This document shows positions 1 to 11,544 of a stretch of 59,422 nucleotides of DNA, in pieces; position 1 is the stretch's first letter; each line of letters opens with the position of its first letter. Position numbers and translations under genes: made by a program. The stretch comes from Octopus bimaculoides (taxonomy: Eukaryota): positions 14,826,765-14,886,186 of the forward strand of contig NC_068988.1 of NCBI RefSeq assembly GCF_001194135.2, in the 5' to 3' direction. A model generated the notes under the pieces. That model ran no database searches. It worked only from the letters and a program-made list of their open reading frames with translations, and was not told the DNA's origin.

Positions 1-275
1 TCACCTTTACCTTTGTAGCAGTTGACTATGATGCTGCTACACCAGTCATTGGGTATGACTCCTTCGTGTATCACCTGGTTCGTAATACGGGTGACTAGGC
101 TATAGCCAACACTGCCAGATATTTTGAGCATCTCTGCAGTGATTCCTGATGGGCCGGGGGCTTTCCCGGTCTTCATACTCTTAATTGCTTTATCTACCCT
201 GGTACTATCAACTCGGATAGCTGGTCCCTCTATTGGGTCGACATACGGCAGGCTCTCTTTCTCCCATTCATTCTC
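1..275 (-). mobile_element. RTE-clade LINE ORF fragment (RT N-terminal region), continues off the window edge
   Basis: Manual - strand translation is stop-free: ENEWEKESLPYVDPIEGPAIRVDSTRVDKAIKSMKTGKAPGPSGITAEMLKISGSVGYSLVTRITNQVIHEGVIPNDWCSSIIVNCYKGKG. The KAPGPSGITAEMLK and IPNDW..SIIV..YKGKG motifs are typical of non-LTR RT domain entry. The upstream side ends at a TA/CA microsatellite. Confidence 0.9.
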
Positions 276-327
<52 letters not shown>

Positions 328-393
328 CTATATGACACACATACATGTATATATGTGTGTGTGTATATACATATATATATATATACACACACA

Positions 394-459
<66 letters not shown>

Positions 460-638
460 ACTGGCACATATACATGTATATATATATATACATACATTCA
501 TTCATATACACATACATAAATACATACATACATATATATCTATATATGTGTATATTTGTGTGAAAAAGAAATAACATATGCATGCAGAATGTACACAAAC
601 ACACACACACACACATACACACACACACACACACACAC
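276..638. repeat. Compound (TA)n/(CA)n microsatellite running into a gap
   Basis: Directly visible. Confidence 0.95.
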
Positions 639-1599
639 NNNNNNNNNNNNNNNNNNNNNNNNNNNNNNNNNNNNNNNNNNNNNNNNNNNNNNNNNNNNNN
701 NNNNNNNNNNNNNNNNNNNNNNNNNNNNNNNNNNNNNNNNNNNNNNNNNNNNNNNNNNNNNNNNNNNNNNNNNNNNNNNNNNNNNNNNNNNNNNNNNNNN
801 NNNNNNNNNNNNNNNNNNNNNNNNNNNNNNNNNNNNNNNNNNNNNNNNNNNNNNNNNNNNNNNNNNNNNNNNNNNNNNNNNNNNNNNNNNNNNNNNNNNN
901 NNNNNNNNNNNNNNNNNNNNNNNNNNNNNNNNNNNNNNNNNNNNNNNNNNNNNNNNNNNNNNNNNNNNNNNNNNNNNNNNNNNNNNNNNNNNNNNNNNNN
1001 NNNNNNNNNNNNNNNNNNNNNNNNNNNNNNNNNNNNNNNNNNNNNNNNNNNNNNNNNNNNNNNNNNNNNNNNNNNNNNNNNNNNNNNNNNNNNNNNNNNN
1101 NNNNNNNNNNNNNNNNNNNNNNNNNNNNNNNNNNNNNNNNNNNNNNNNNNNNNNNNNNNNNNNNNNNNNNNNNNNNNNNNNNNNNNNNNNNNNNNNNNNN
1201 NNNNNNNNNNNNNNNNNNNNNNNNNNNNNNNNNNNNNNNNNNNNNNNNNNNNTAGTAGTAGTAGTAGTAGGAGTAGTTGTTGTTGTTGTTGTTGTTGGAG
1301 GTGGGGTTAGTTATGGAAGTGTTTGTGCTTGTTGAATATTGGTTGCGGTAATAATTTCAGTAGCGCATGGCCAGAGATTTGGAGGAAGAATCAAAAGTAT
1401 TTAACTGGTACTTTATTCCATCAACTCTGGAAGGACTAATGGTAAACTTGGTGTTGGCAAGATTTGAAGCCAAGTGCATAAAAGAACATGACTAAATACC
1501 ACAAGGCATTTTGTCTGCCACTCGAGTCTATCAATCCCTTAACCTTAAGACAATATTTAAAAACACTAGTTTACTACTTCAAAATTCTTTACGATCAGC

Positions 1600-1790
1600 C
1601 GTGGTGGTGGCAGTGATATCATGTCCATCATCATCATCCTCATCATCATCATCATCCTCCTCCTCATCATCATCATCGTCATCATCATCATCATCATATT
1701 CATCGTCGCCATCGTCGTTGTCGTCATTGTCATCATCATCATATCCATCATCACATTCATCATCATCATCATCATCATCATCTTCTTCGT
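1600..1790. repeat. (CAT)n degenerate trinucleotide microsatellite
   Basis: Directly visible; explains the poly-S/I/D/M ORFs. Confidence 0.95.
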
Positions 1791-1794
1791 CACT

Positions 1795-1960
1795 GGCTAC
1801 AAATTCCGGAATAAAGGCCAGTAATTTCATTGGTAGGGGTCAGTCAATTACATCGATTCCAGTGTTTCATTAACCTCGTAACGATGAAAGGCAAAGACGA
1901 CCCCAGCAGAATTTGAACTCAAAACAAAGCTGAAAGAAATTGTAACAATACTGCCAGCTC
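1795..1960 (-). mobile_element. Degenerate tRNA-derived SINE, family B (gtggtgagctggcagaa... head)
   Basis: Matches copies at 7109-7334, 49015-49310 and 50590-50825 (gatgaaaggcaaag..gacc...gaatttgaactc). Boundaries approximate. Confidence 0.7.
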
Positions 1961-1964
1961 ATTG

Positions 1965-2240
1965 TCATTGTTTTAACGTCCAGTTTTCCATGCATGCATG
2001 AGTTAGATAGACTTCATTGAGGTAGATTTTCTATGGTTGGATACCCCTTCCTTTCACCAACCTCCAGCCTGTTTCTGAGAAAGGTAATATTTTCCCAAAG
2101 CCAGTCGTATTTTCTTTTCACTGAATTATTGGTTTCAAATTTTGGCACAAGGCCAGCTGGAAATAAATAGTGCTGCTTGTATAACAGTGACACTCATTTA
2201 CGACTAGCATACAATGTCAAGACAAGGAGACACTAATGCA
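1965..2240 (-). mobile_element. Interspersed repeat family E (tttaacgtcc.ttttccatgc... / gacactcatttac.actatcac..gatgtcaagacaagg)
   Basis: Similar segments recur near 20920-21140, 34385-34600, 45420-45650, 46700-46815, 47000-47230 and 56740-56960. It shares its 3' terminus with family D. Confidence 0.65.
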
Positions 2241-2413
2241 CGCACACACACACACACACACACACATACAGCTCACACCTCTCTCTCTCTCTCATACACA
2301 CGTACATAGCTCCATGCACACACACACACACACACAGCTACATGCAAGCACATACACACACACACACACACACACATACAACTCCATGCACACATACACA
2401 GCCCCATGCACGT

Positions 2414-2455
<42 letters not shown>

Positions 2456-2621
2456 ATATACATGCAGTGTCATGTAAAAATCCCCCAGTACACTCTGTAG
2501 AGTGGTTGGCATTAGAAAGGGCAACCATACCAAAACAAGCAATGGAGCCGGCTGCAGCCCCTTGCCTCACCAACTCTTGTCAAACCATCCAACCCATGCC
2601 AGCATGAACAGACATTAACCA

Positions 2622-2692
<71 letters not shown>

Positions 2693-3332
2693 GAGGAGGA
2701 GGAGGAGGATAACGACAATGATGATACATGCATACATATACAATAGTCTTCTTTCAGGTTTTGCCTACCAAATCCTCCCTCACAAGGCTTTAGTCAGCGC
2801 AGGGCTACAGAAGAAGACAACTGCCTAAAGATGCCAAAGGGTGGTATCGAACTCAGAACTGTGTGGTTGGAAAGCAAGCTTTCTTAGCAACACGCAACCA
2901 AGCCTGTTCCTTAGCATGAGCACCCAGTTGTAAAATAATTGCTCTAACAATGTTTATCTCTCTCTCATATTAGCATGAAAAATTGAAAATTGAAAACAGC
3001 CAAGATAAAGAAAGAAGCTTAAGAAAAAGTGAAGCGAAAATGTTGATAAATAGATTCTAGAGAATGAAATATAAATTTTGTTAATGCATTTTTCCCATTT
3101 TCACAAAGATATAAAAATAGATAAAAATACAGTATGTACATATACACACATATGCACACATATATACACACATATACATCACGCATATGTACACACACAC
3201 ACGTATGTACACACACACACACACTCACATACACAGAATTACTTGTGGTTCACTTACAAGTATCGTTATCATTTCTGTTTACATACAAAATAATCCTGTA
3301 TACATATTTATATTTATGTATATGTATATATA

Positions 3333-3369
<37 letters not shown>

Positions 3370-3751
3370 NNNNNNNNNNNNNNNNNNNNNNNNNNNNNNN
3401 NNNNNNNNNNNNNNNNNNNNNNNNNNNNNNNNNNNNNNNNNNNNNNNNNNNNNNNNNNNNNNNNNNNNNNNNNNNNNNNNNNNNNNNNNNNNNNNNNNNN
3501 NNNNNNNNNNNNNNNNNNNNNNNNNNNNNNNNNNNNNNNNNNNNNNNNNNNNNNNNNNNNNNNNNNNNNNNNNNNNNNNNNNNNNNNNNNNNNNNNNNNN
3601 NNNNNNNNNNNNNNNNNNNNNNNNNNNNNNNNNNNNNNNNNNNNNNNNNNNNNNNNNNNNNNNNNNNNNNNNNNNNNNNNNNNNNNNNNNNNTATATATA
3701 TATATATATATGTGCGTGTATACATACCTATGTGTGTGTGTGTGTGTGTGT

Positions 3752-3969
3752 CGTCGTCGTCGTTTAACGTCCGCTTTCCATGCTAGCATGGGTTGGACGA
3801 TTTGACTGAGGACTGGTGAAACCAGATGGCTACACCAGGCTCCAATCTGATTTGGCAGAGTTTCTACAGCTGGATGCCCTTCCTAACGCCAACCACTCAG
3901 AGAGTGTAGTGGGTGCTTTTACATGTCACCCGCACGAAGGCCAGTCAGGCGGTACTGGCAACGGCCAGG
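3752..3969 (-). mobile_element. Family D retroposon 3' end (RTE-like 3' tail ending in (GAT)n)
   Basis: Near-identical to copies at 6222-6830, 13770-13996, 23340-23635, 26125-26305, 34705-34995, 42165-42400 and 44665-44830. All share the 3' end ...gcatggaaagcggacgttaaacgatgatgat and are variably 5' truncated. Confidence 0.85.
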
Positions 3970-4950
3970 AAGTGGTATCAAAAGATTTTTGATAAAAAAT
4001 AACTTATTTACCTTAAGTTTTCACATCATCTCCTTCAAAACAGTCACCTTGCACAGCAATACACCGTCTCCACCATTCCTACCATTTTTGGAATCCTGCT
4101 TGGAAGTCGTTATTCCGTAAGCAACTCAAGGACATTCTGCGATTCGTTCTGGGTCTTGACAACTGGGTCTTGACCTTTGAGTTGCATTTTCATTTTGGGG
4201 AAGAGATGGAAGTCCACAGGAGCCAAATCTGGCAAAGAGGGTAAGTGTGGAAGCAATACCATGTTATTTTTGGCAAGAAACTCATGACTCAAGAGATCTC
4301 AGTCAAGAATCCAATTCTTCAAACTCCACACATCTAGTTGCATTCGGCAAATGTCCCCACTCAAAAACTTCAAAATGTTGCAGTAGAACTCTCAGTTGAT
4401 AGTCTGGCCCTGGGGATGAATTGTTGATGCACAATACCACATATCTGGGAGTGACACTCACGGCAAGTCTTCCAGATCGCTCATCATATACTTGGGATAT
4501 TCTTCTGCTTTTGAAGCACTTGTGTCACACGAAACCCATTGCCTTGTCACAACCCATTGTACAACCCATTCCCTTGTCACCGGAAACTTGTCGAAGAATG
4601 CTCAATGTCTCTGTAGTTCCAGGTTTTTGAGGAGTGTGGAACCACCTCTCAGCCACTATTGTTCCCAAGTATATGACCCTAAAGAAGTAGCACCTGTTAG
4701 GGACCCAACTATGGGTTAACTAGCATATGAACCAATAGTGTGAAGGACCCCTAATTCTTGTCAGAACTTCCTTCTAGGAGATGGTAAACTCATACAAAAA
4801 ACCTGAAGTGCAGTTGGTTTCTGCTCATCTCAAAATTCTGTTGCACCACTGGTTTTGTAGCTGATTATGGTGCAAGGTGGGTTCAGTGCAGGGCAACACT
4901 TTTTCCACTGAAAACAAATTCACACTCAGAAACTTTTTGGACTCTATGAA
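3970..4950 (-). mobile_element. Degenerate, internally deleted mariner (DD34D-type) DNA transposon
   Basis: - strand pieces: FKSRRISQVYDERSGR (N-terminal), GIVHQQFIP.GQTIN.EFYCNIL, and LPHLPSLPDLAPVDFHLFPKMK..LKG (YSPDLAPxD motif). Stops and frameshifts present. Weak TIR-like ends near 3972 and 4926-4950. Confidence 0.8.
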
Positions 4951-5379
4951 CATTTGCACAGACTTACTGTGTTTAAGAAGTGATCTTTCTTAGTCACAAA
5001 TTAACTTATAATATATATGTATATATATATATATATATNNNNNNNNNNNNNNNNNNNNNNNNNNNNNNNNNNNNNNNNNNNNNNNNNNNNNNNNNNNNNN
5101 NNNNNNNNNNNNNNNNNNNNNNNNNNNNNNNNNNNNNNNNNNNNNNNNNNNNNNNNNNNNNNNNNNNNNNNNNNNNNNNNNNNNNNNNNNNNNNNNNNNN
5201 NNNNNNNNNNNNNNNNATATATATATATATATATAAAGATATTAAACTATATGAAATGAAGGCATTTCTCTTCCACTTTTTATATATTTTTTTTCCACAT
5301 ATTTTCAAATCATAATTTTGCCACGTCGTGTATACTGAATCTTCAGTATCTTTACATCTTGTATATTTTTATATATAAG

Positions 5380-5530
5380 ACAGGCTTCTTTCAGTTTCCA
5401 TCTACCAAATCCACTTGCAAGGCTTTGGTCGGCCCTAGGCTATAGAAGACACTTGCACAAGGTGCCATGCAGTGGGACTAAACCTGGAACCATGTGGTTA
5501 AGAAGCAAGCTTCTTACTATAGAGCCTGCA
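5380..5530 (-). mobile_element. Family A tRNA-derived SINE, 5' half
   Basis: Matches the head gcaggagtggctgtgtggtaag...ggcaccttgggcaagtgtcttc of the full copies. Confidence 0.8.
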
Positions 5531-6221
5531 CCTATATATATATATATATCTATGTATACCTTGCACCTACACATATATAGGTGGCACCTATATATGTACA
5601 CCTTGTACCTATATATACACACATGTGTGTGTGTGTATAGTCAATTCAAATAAATGAGTAAAATTAATAGACAACAAGAGGACGTGCACAAGAAATGTAA
5701 TTAGCTTGATGCTGGACGAAAAGAGAGAGTTTATTGTTTCAAGCATAGTTCTTCATTGGAAAGGAGAAAATGAAAAGTCCAAAGAAGGAAAAGCAATCGC
5801 AAACAGCATTCATGTAGTTACATTGCTGACACACACACACATACACACATGTATATACATATATAAGTGTGTGTGCACATGTGTGTGTAAGTATATATAT
5901 ATGTATATGTGTGTGTGTAGATATATATCACTATTGTCTTCATTTTATGTCCTCTTTTCTGTGCTAGCATGGCTTAGATGAATATTTTATTGAAGTATTG
6001 TTTTACAACCAGATGCTTTTCATTCCACTAACCTCTACTTGTTTCTGGAATAAGGAATTTCCTGTTTCACTTATCCTCAAAGGTGCAAAGCCAGGAAATG
6101 ATTTGTTCACAAAAGGAACTAATAACAATACCCCATTATATAGCTTGCAATTTTCAGAGAAGCACAAATGTAAACAAATGCTAACATATTCACACTCACA
6201 CACACAAATATATATACATAA

Positions 6222-6830
6222 ACTCCGCTTGCGAAGACCTGTTGAGGCAAGTGAAATCGAAATCGAACCAAATTCGATGAGTGGCACCCATGCCAACCTC
6301 TCCTTCATTGGACACTAAACTTGGCTTGCGAAGACTTGTTGGGGCAAGTGAAATCGAAATTGTGATGGCACCTGTACCAGTGGAGCGCTAAGAGCACCGT
6401 CCGAGCGTGATCATTGCCAGAGCAGCTGTCTGGCTTCCATGCCAGTGGCACATAAATAGCATCATTTGAGTGTGATCGTTACCAGCGTCGCCTTACTGAC
6501 ACTTGTGCCAGTGGCACGTGAAAAAACAACATTCGAGCGTGGTTGTTGCCAGTTCTGCTGGACTGGCTCCTGTGCAGGTGGCATGTAAAATACACCATTT
6601 TGAGTGTGGTCGCTGCCAGTACCGCCTAACTGACCTTCATGCCGGTGGCACGTAAAAGCACCCACTACACTCTCGGAGTGGTTGGCATTAGGAAGGGCAT
6701 CCAGCTGTAGAAACTCTGTCAAATCAGATTGGAGCCTGGTGTAGCCATCTGGTTTCACCAGTCCTCAGTCAAATCGTCCAACCCATGCTAGCATGGAAGG
6801 CGGACGTTAAACGATGATGATGATGATGAT
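6222..6830 (+). mobile_element. Longest family D copy with internal degenerate tandem modules and (GAT)n tail
   Basis: Duplicated gcttgcgaagac.tgtt.gggcaagtgaaatcgaaat and repeated gcc.gtggcac.taaaa units precede the shared 3' end. Confidence 0.85.
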
Positions 6831-7108
6831 ATATACATATATATATGCATATACTATGGGCTTCTTTCAGTTTCTGTTTGCCAGATCCACTGACAAAGCT
6901 TTAGTTGGCCCAGAGTAATAGTAGCAGGCACTGATGCTGTGCAATGGGACTGAATTCCAAACATGGTTCAGAAGCAAACTTCTCAACCACAGATCTCATG
7001 GCTGATTGATATGGCTTTGGTCAGCCCAGAGCTGTTGTAGATATATATCATCATCATCATCATCATCATCTTCATCATCTTCATCATGATTTAATGTCCA
7101 TTTTCCAT

Positions 7109-7334
7109 CTTATTTCTTTACTGCCCACAAGGGGCTACACACAGAGGGGACAAACAAGGACAAACGGATTAAGTCGATTATATCGACCCCAGTGCGTAAC
7201 TGGTACTTAATTTATCAACCCCGAAAGAATGAAAGGCAAAGTCGACCTCGGCGGAATTTGAACTCAGAAAGTAACGGCAGATGAAATACAGCTAAGCATT
7301 TCGCCCAGTGTGCTAACGTTTCTGCCAGCTCACC
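7109..7334 (-). mobile_element. Family B SINE nested in a family E copy
   Basis: It interrupts catttttccat / ccatgggttggacag and matches 49015-49310. Confidence 0.85.
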
Positions 7335-8029
7335 TCCATGGGTTGGACAGTTCAACAGGAGCTGGTTATCCAGAAGACTGTGCCAGGCTCTAATGTTTGC
7401 TGATCACTTTACAGAGTATTGAGTGCTTTTTATGTGGCACTAGCACCAGTGAGATCACCAAGTGACTTGCAAAACAAGACACCTCAACTGAGGAGTATTC
7501 TACCAAGGTGGGTGGCTTTATGCCAAGTGATGCTGAATTTTAAGTATGACAGATTGACAGGTACAGGTATCTTTCTGTAGGGTAGTGTGCATGTATGTGT
7601 ATGCATGTATATGTGTATGGGGGAGGTATGTGTTTACAAAACTACAAATCCCATTTTTTATTCACCTTCTACAGAACCCCTTCAGTTATAAATGACCATG
7701 GAATTGGACCTGGAATGCTACCTTCGGAGGCACAAGTTTGGGCAAGGTTGTTTATGGGAAACCAGCAGTCACCCATGCATACCAGTCTCCCCTCCTCATG
7801 CCACTGAGGTTCTTCAATGGAAAGACAAAGACCGATACAGATTGGTACCAGTGATGTCGCAACTCATTTTGACAGCTGAGTGAACTGGAGCCACGGGAAA
7901 TAAAGTGTCTTGCTCAAGAACACAACAGTCAGCCCAGTCCAGGAATCAAACTCACTACTACATGATTGTAAGCCCATTGGACTGCCCTTGGACTGATAAC
8001 AGATGAACTGTAGACAGGAACTTCACTGC

Positions 8030-8245
8030 AAGATAAATGGACAACGAAAGCGAGGTAGACCGAGGAAAATGTGGAGGGGACAGGTGGAGGAGGAGATTGG
8101 GAGGGTTGGCTTGAGAAGGGAGGACATCCAAAACCGGGCAAGATGGTGAGATGGTGTGAGGGCAGTTGCTATGGTATTGAGGTAGATCCAGCCACCCCCA
8201 TTAATGGGGACAAAACCCAGATTCAAAATGATGGATGATGATGAT
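8030..8245 (+). mobile_element. RTE LINE 3' end with (GAT)n tail
   Basis: Translates to RKRGRPRKMWRGQVEEEIGRVGLRREDIQNRARW*DGVRAVA, the GRP..W...V...L...D..NR..W C-terminal motif of RTE ORFs, followed by a short 3' UTR and gatgatgat. Confidence 0.75.
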
Positions 8246-9199
8246 CACACTTGACCTCACAGTGTGAAGCTGACTGAAGTAAAATAAACAATACACCAAC
8301 ACACTCTTGTTTCTGATTATTTTTATGTATAACTTAACAAAGCTATGCTCTTATGAACTTACCTACACCTTCATCCTGTTAAATCCTCAGGATTACTTCT
8401 CTTATGTTCACCTCCTTGTAATCTGAGGGTACACTCTGACATCACCTCTTTTCCAATTGGGGGCAACCATGTATCTCCTCTACTGCAAGATACCTGCTTC
8501 AGTCTCTCTATCATACTTCAACCTATTACCACCTGGTATAAATCCACCTCCTCAATACTACACCCTACCTTAGTGATGGGGTTTTGTCTTGCAAGATACT
8601 CAATGACTTCACTAGTGTAAGTGTCATGTAAAAAGTACCCAGTACACTCTATGAAGTGGTTGGTGCTAGAAAGGACATCCAGTCATAGAAGCCATACCAA
8701 AACAGACAATTGGAGCTTAGAGCAGTCCTCTGGCTTGTTGGCTCTTCTCAAACTATCAGCCATGCTGAATATGTGAAAAATTTACCTAGATTAAAGCATG
8801 TACCAATGGTGTACCTATATTACTATATATATGTTTGGGTTAACAAAAAAGAGGAAAATATTCTCAGTACAGATGTGGAGTATATTTATAAATTGTAGAG
8901 CTCAGATTGTTAACTGTTAACACTTACAGTTTCAAAATTATCACTGATCACTTAACTGATTTCTCAAGCACAACACAAATAACAAATATGGTTTATGTGT
9001 GAGAAGTCACTGCAAAGGTGAACAGTATATAAAAGAAAAACTTTGTGTATGTGTGGGTGTGTATATGTGTATACATACACATATATTTATATATGTGTAT
9101 GTATGTAGGTATATATGTATTCATGGGTGTGTGTCTGTGAATTTGAGTGTATGTGAGGTGAGTGGTTTTATGTATATGTCCACGAGGCATGTGTGTGTG

Positions 9200-9251
<52 letters not shown>

Positions 9252-9407
9252 CACACAGAATGTAGATTAGTAAATAGTCATGGATATAAATATAAATATA
9301 CAGAAAACTACATATGCAGATGGCTACACAGCTGAACAGCCAAACAGATAGATTTATAAATAAATAGATAAATGAGTGTACATACACACACACACACATG
9401 TATGAAT

Positions 9408-9453
<46 letters not shown>

Positions 9454-10495
9454 ATGTGTCTGTGTATGTATGTATATACCTCTCTTTGTATCTCTCTCTC
9501 TCTCTCTCTCTCTCCCTGTATATATATATATATGTATATATATAATGTTTATATGTATATGTGTGTGTGTGTGTGTGGTTGGGTCTATGTATGTGTAAGT
9601 TTGTAAGTTTCATGTATGTCTATGTATACATGCACACACACACAGATAAATATGTAGCTAGATAAGATGAAAAGATAGACAGGAGATACAGTAGACTGAA
9701 TACATAATTATATGTGGCTGAATCTGATAAATTTGCAGGAAATGGTCCTCTCTTTCCAGCTGACTTGTTTGTTTATATCTGTGTGTGTGTGTGTGTGTGT
9801 GTGCGTGCGTGTGTGTGTGTNNNNNNNNNNNNNNNNNNNNNNNNNNNNNNNNNNNNNNNNNNNNNNNNNNNNNNNNNNNNNNNNNNNNNNNNNNNNNNNN
9901 NNNNNNNNNNNNNNNNNNNNNNNNNNNNNNNNNNNNNNNNNNNNNNNNNNNNNNNNNNNNNNNNNNNNNNNNNNNNNNNNNNNNNNNNNNNNNNNNNNNN
10001 NNNNNNNNNNNNNNNNNNNNNNNNNNNNNNNNNNNNNNNNNNNNNNNNNNNNNNNNNNNNNNNNNNNNNNNNNNNNNNNNNNNNNNNNNNNNNNNNNNNN
10101 NNNNNNNNNNNNNNNNNNNNNNNNNNNNNNNNNNNNNNNNNNNNNNNNNNNNNNNNNNNNNNNNNNNNNNNNNNNNNNNNNNNNNNNNNNNNNNNNNNNN
10201 NNNNNNNNNNNNNNNNNNNNNNNNNNNNNNNNNNNNNNNNNNNNNNNNNNNNNNNNNNNNNNNNNNNNNNNNNNNNNNNNNNNNNNNNNNNNNNNNNNNN
10301 NNNNNNNNNNNNNNNNNNNNNNNNNNNNNNNNNNNNNNNNNNNNNNNNNNNNNNNNNNNNNNNNNNNNNNNNNNNNNNNNNNNNNNNNNNNNNNNNNNNN
10401 NNNNNNNNNNNNNNNNNNNNNNNNNNNNNNNNNNNNNNNNNNNNNNNNNNNNNNNNNNNNNNNNNNNNNNNNNNNNNNNNNNNNNNNNNNNNNNN

Positions 10496-10785
10496 AGATT
10501 CCACTGAAATTAGATAAATAACCTTCGAGCAGATAGTCAGCAGCGCCGCCTGGCTAAGGCTTGGCTACTCTGCATTGACAAGGGGCAACACCCTGAAACT
10601 AGTCTAGTCTGCAGATGCCAAACCAGCAGGGGGACACTGCTGACCTCCCCTGTTCGAAGGTTATAAAGGACACAGGTTTCGTGTGTCACATAGCTAGCTA
10701 GAGGCGATGGCTTCTTGGAGCTAATTCACGGCAGCTTTCGTCCTAATTTTGGGACTGCCATGTTGGCTTGGCGATAACTATTAAT
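10496..10785 (+). mobile_element. Hammerhead-containing structured repeat (retrozyme / Penelope pLTR-like), left end hidden in gap
   Basis: 15-bp stem 10518-10532/10650-10664 (one G.U) and 8-bp stem 10536-10543/10637-10644 enclose a hammerhead motif. Downstream GACACA/TGTGTC hairpin; ends at (TA)n. Confidence 0.7.
10569..10615 (+). ncRNA. Minimal type-I hammerhead ribozyme, U3-A8 core variant
   Basis: TCTGCA TTGACAA GGGG-CAACA-CCCT GAAA CTAG-T-CTAG TC TGCAGA. Stem I 6 bp, core UUGACAA, stem II 4 bp, palindromic stem III, predicted GUC cleavage after 10609. Confidence 0.75.
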
Positions 10786-10904
10786 ATATATATATATATA
10801 TAAACAAATTGGCTGCTTATTTCTCTGGAACTGGTCAAGATGGTATAGACATCACTGATGAGAACTCAATAAGTTTCGAAAATCATTTAAGGTTGTTCCT
10901 ATTT

Positions 10905-11165
10905 ATTCTTTTCTTTTTGTTCTTTTATTTGTTTCAGTCATCTGACTGCAGCCATGCTGGAGCACTGCTTTTAGTCAAACAAAGTGATCCCAGGACTTAT
11001 TCTTTGTAAGCTTAGTACTTATTCTATCGGTCACTTTTTACCAAACTGCTAAGTTATGGAGACATAAACACACCAACATCAGTTGTCAAGTGTACTAGAC
11101 AAACACAGACATGCAAGCATATACATATATATATGACGGGCTTCTTTCAGTTTCTGTCTACCAAA
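10905..11165 (-). mobile_element. Family A SINE, 3' half
   Basis: ttttcttttatttgtttcagtcatctgactgcagccatgctggagc... matches the tails of other copies. Confidence 0.8.
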
Positions 11166-11186
11166 TACACACACAAACACACACAT

Positions 11187-11227
<41 letters not shown>

Positions 11228-11254
11228 GATATATATATATTTTATATATAACAA

Positions 11255-11503
11255 ATACAAAATGGGACAAGAACGCAAAACATCCACACAGTTAGGTGAT
11301 ACAAAAAAAGGACAACAAAACATCCAGATAGACGATACAAAGAAAACAAGGACGAGTCATTCGGAGTTTTCTTTCCTCAGTCGAGTTCCAGATTATCTTT
11401 GCAATATCGGCTCNNNNNNNNNNNNNNNNNNNNNNNNNNNCATATATATATGACGGGCTTCTTTCAGTTTCTGTCTACCAAATACACACACAAACACACA
11501 CAT

Positions 11504-11544
<41 letters not shown>

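Noticed and set aside
5733-5759. Possible decayed pLTR hammerhead on - (CCAATGAAGAACTATGCTTGAAACAATA)
   Set aside because: The core has two mismatches, stem II is broken and there is no cleavage triplet; too decayed to support.
6003-6180. - strand ORF with donor GAG|gttagt as a continuation of the 15.3 kb gene
   Set aside because: The ORF starts inside a repeat, the acceptor choice is ambiguous, and there is no recognisable motif.
6265-6360. Possible HDV-like ribozyme in the family D upstream module
   Set aside because: I could not build P1 and P2 of the double pseudoknot by eye.
8928-9009. - strand segment with good acceptor and donor
   Set aside because: Stops in all three frames; no support as a coding exon.
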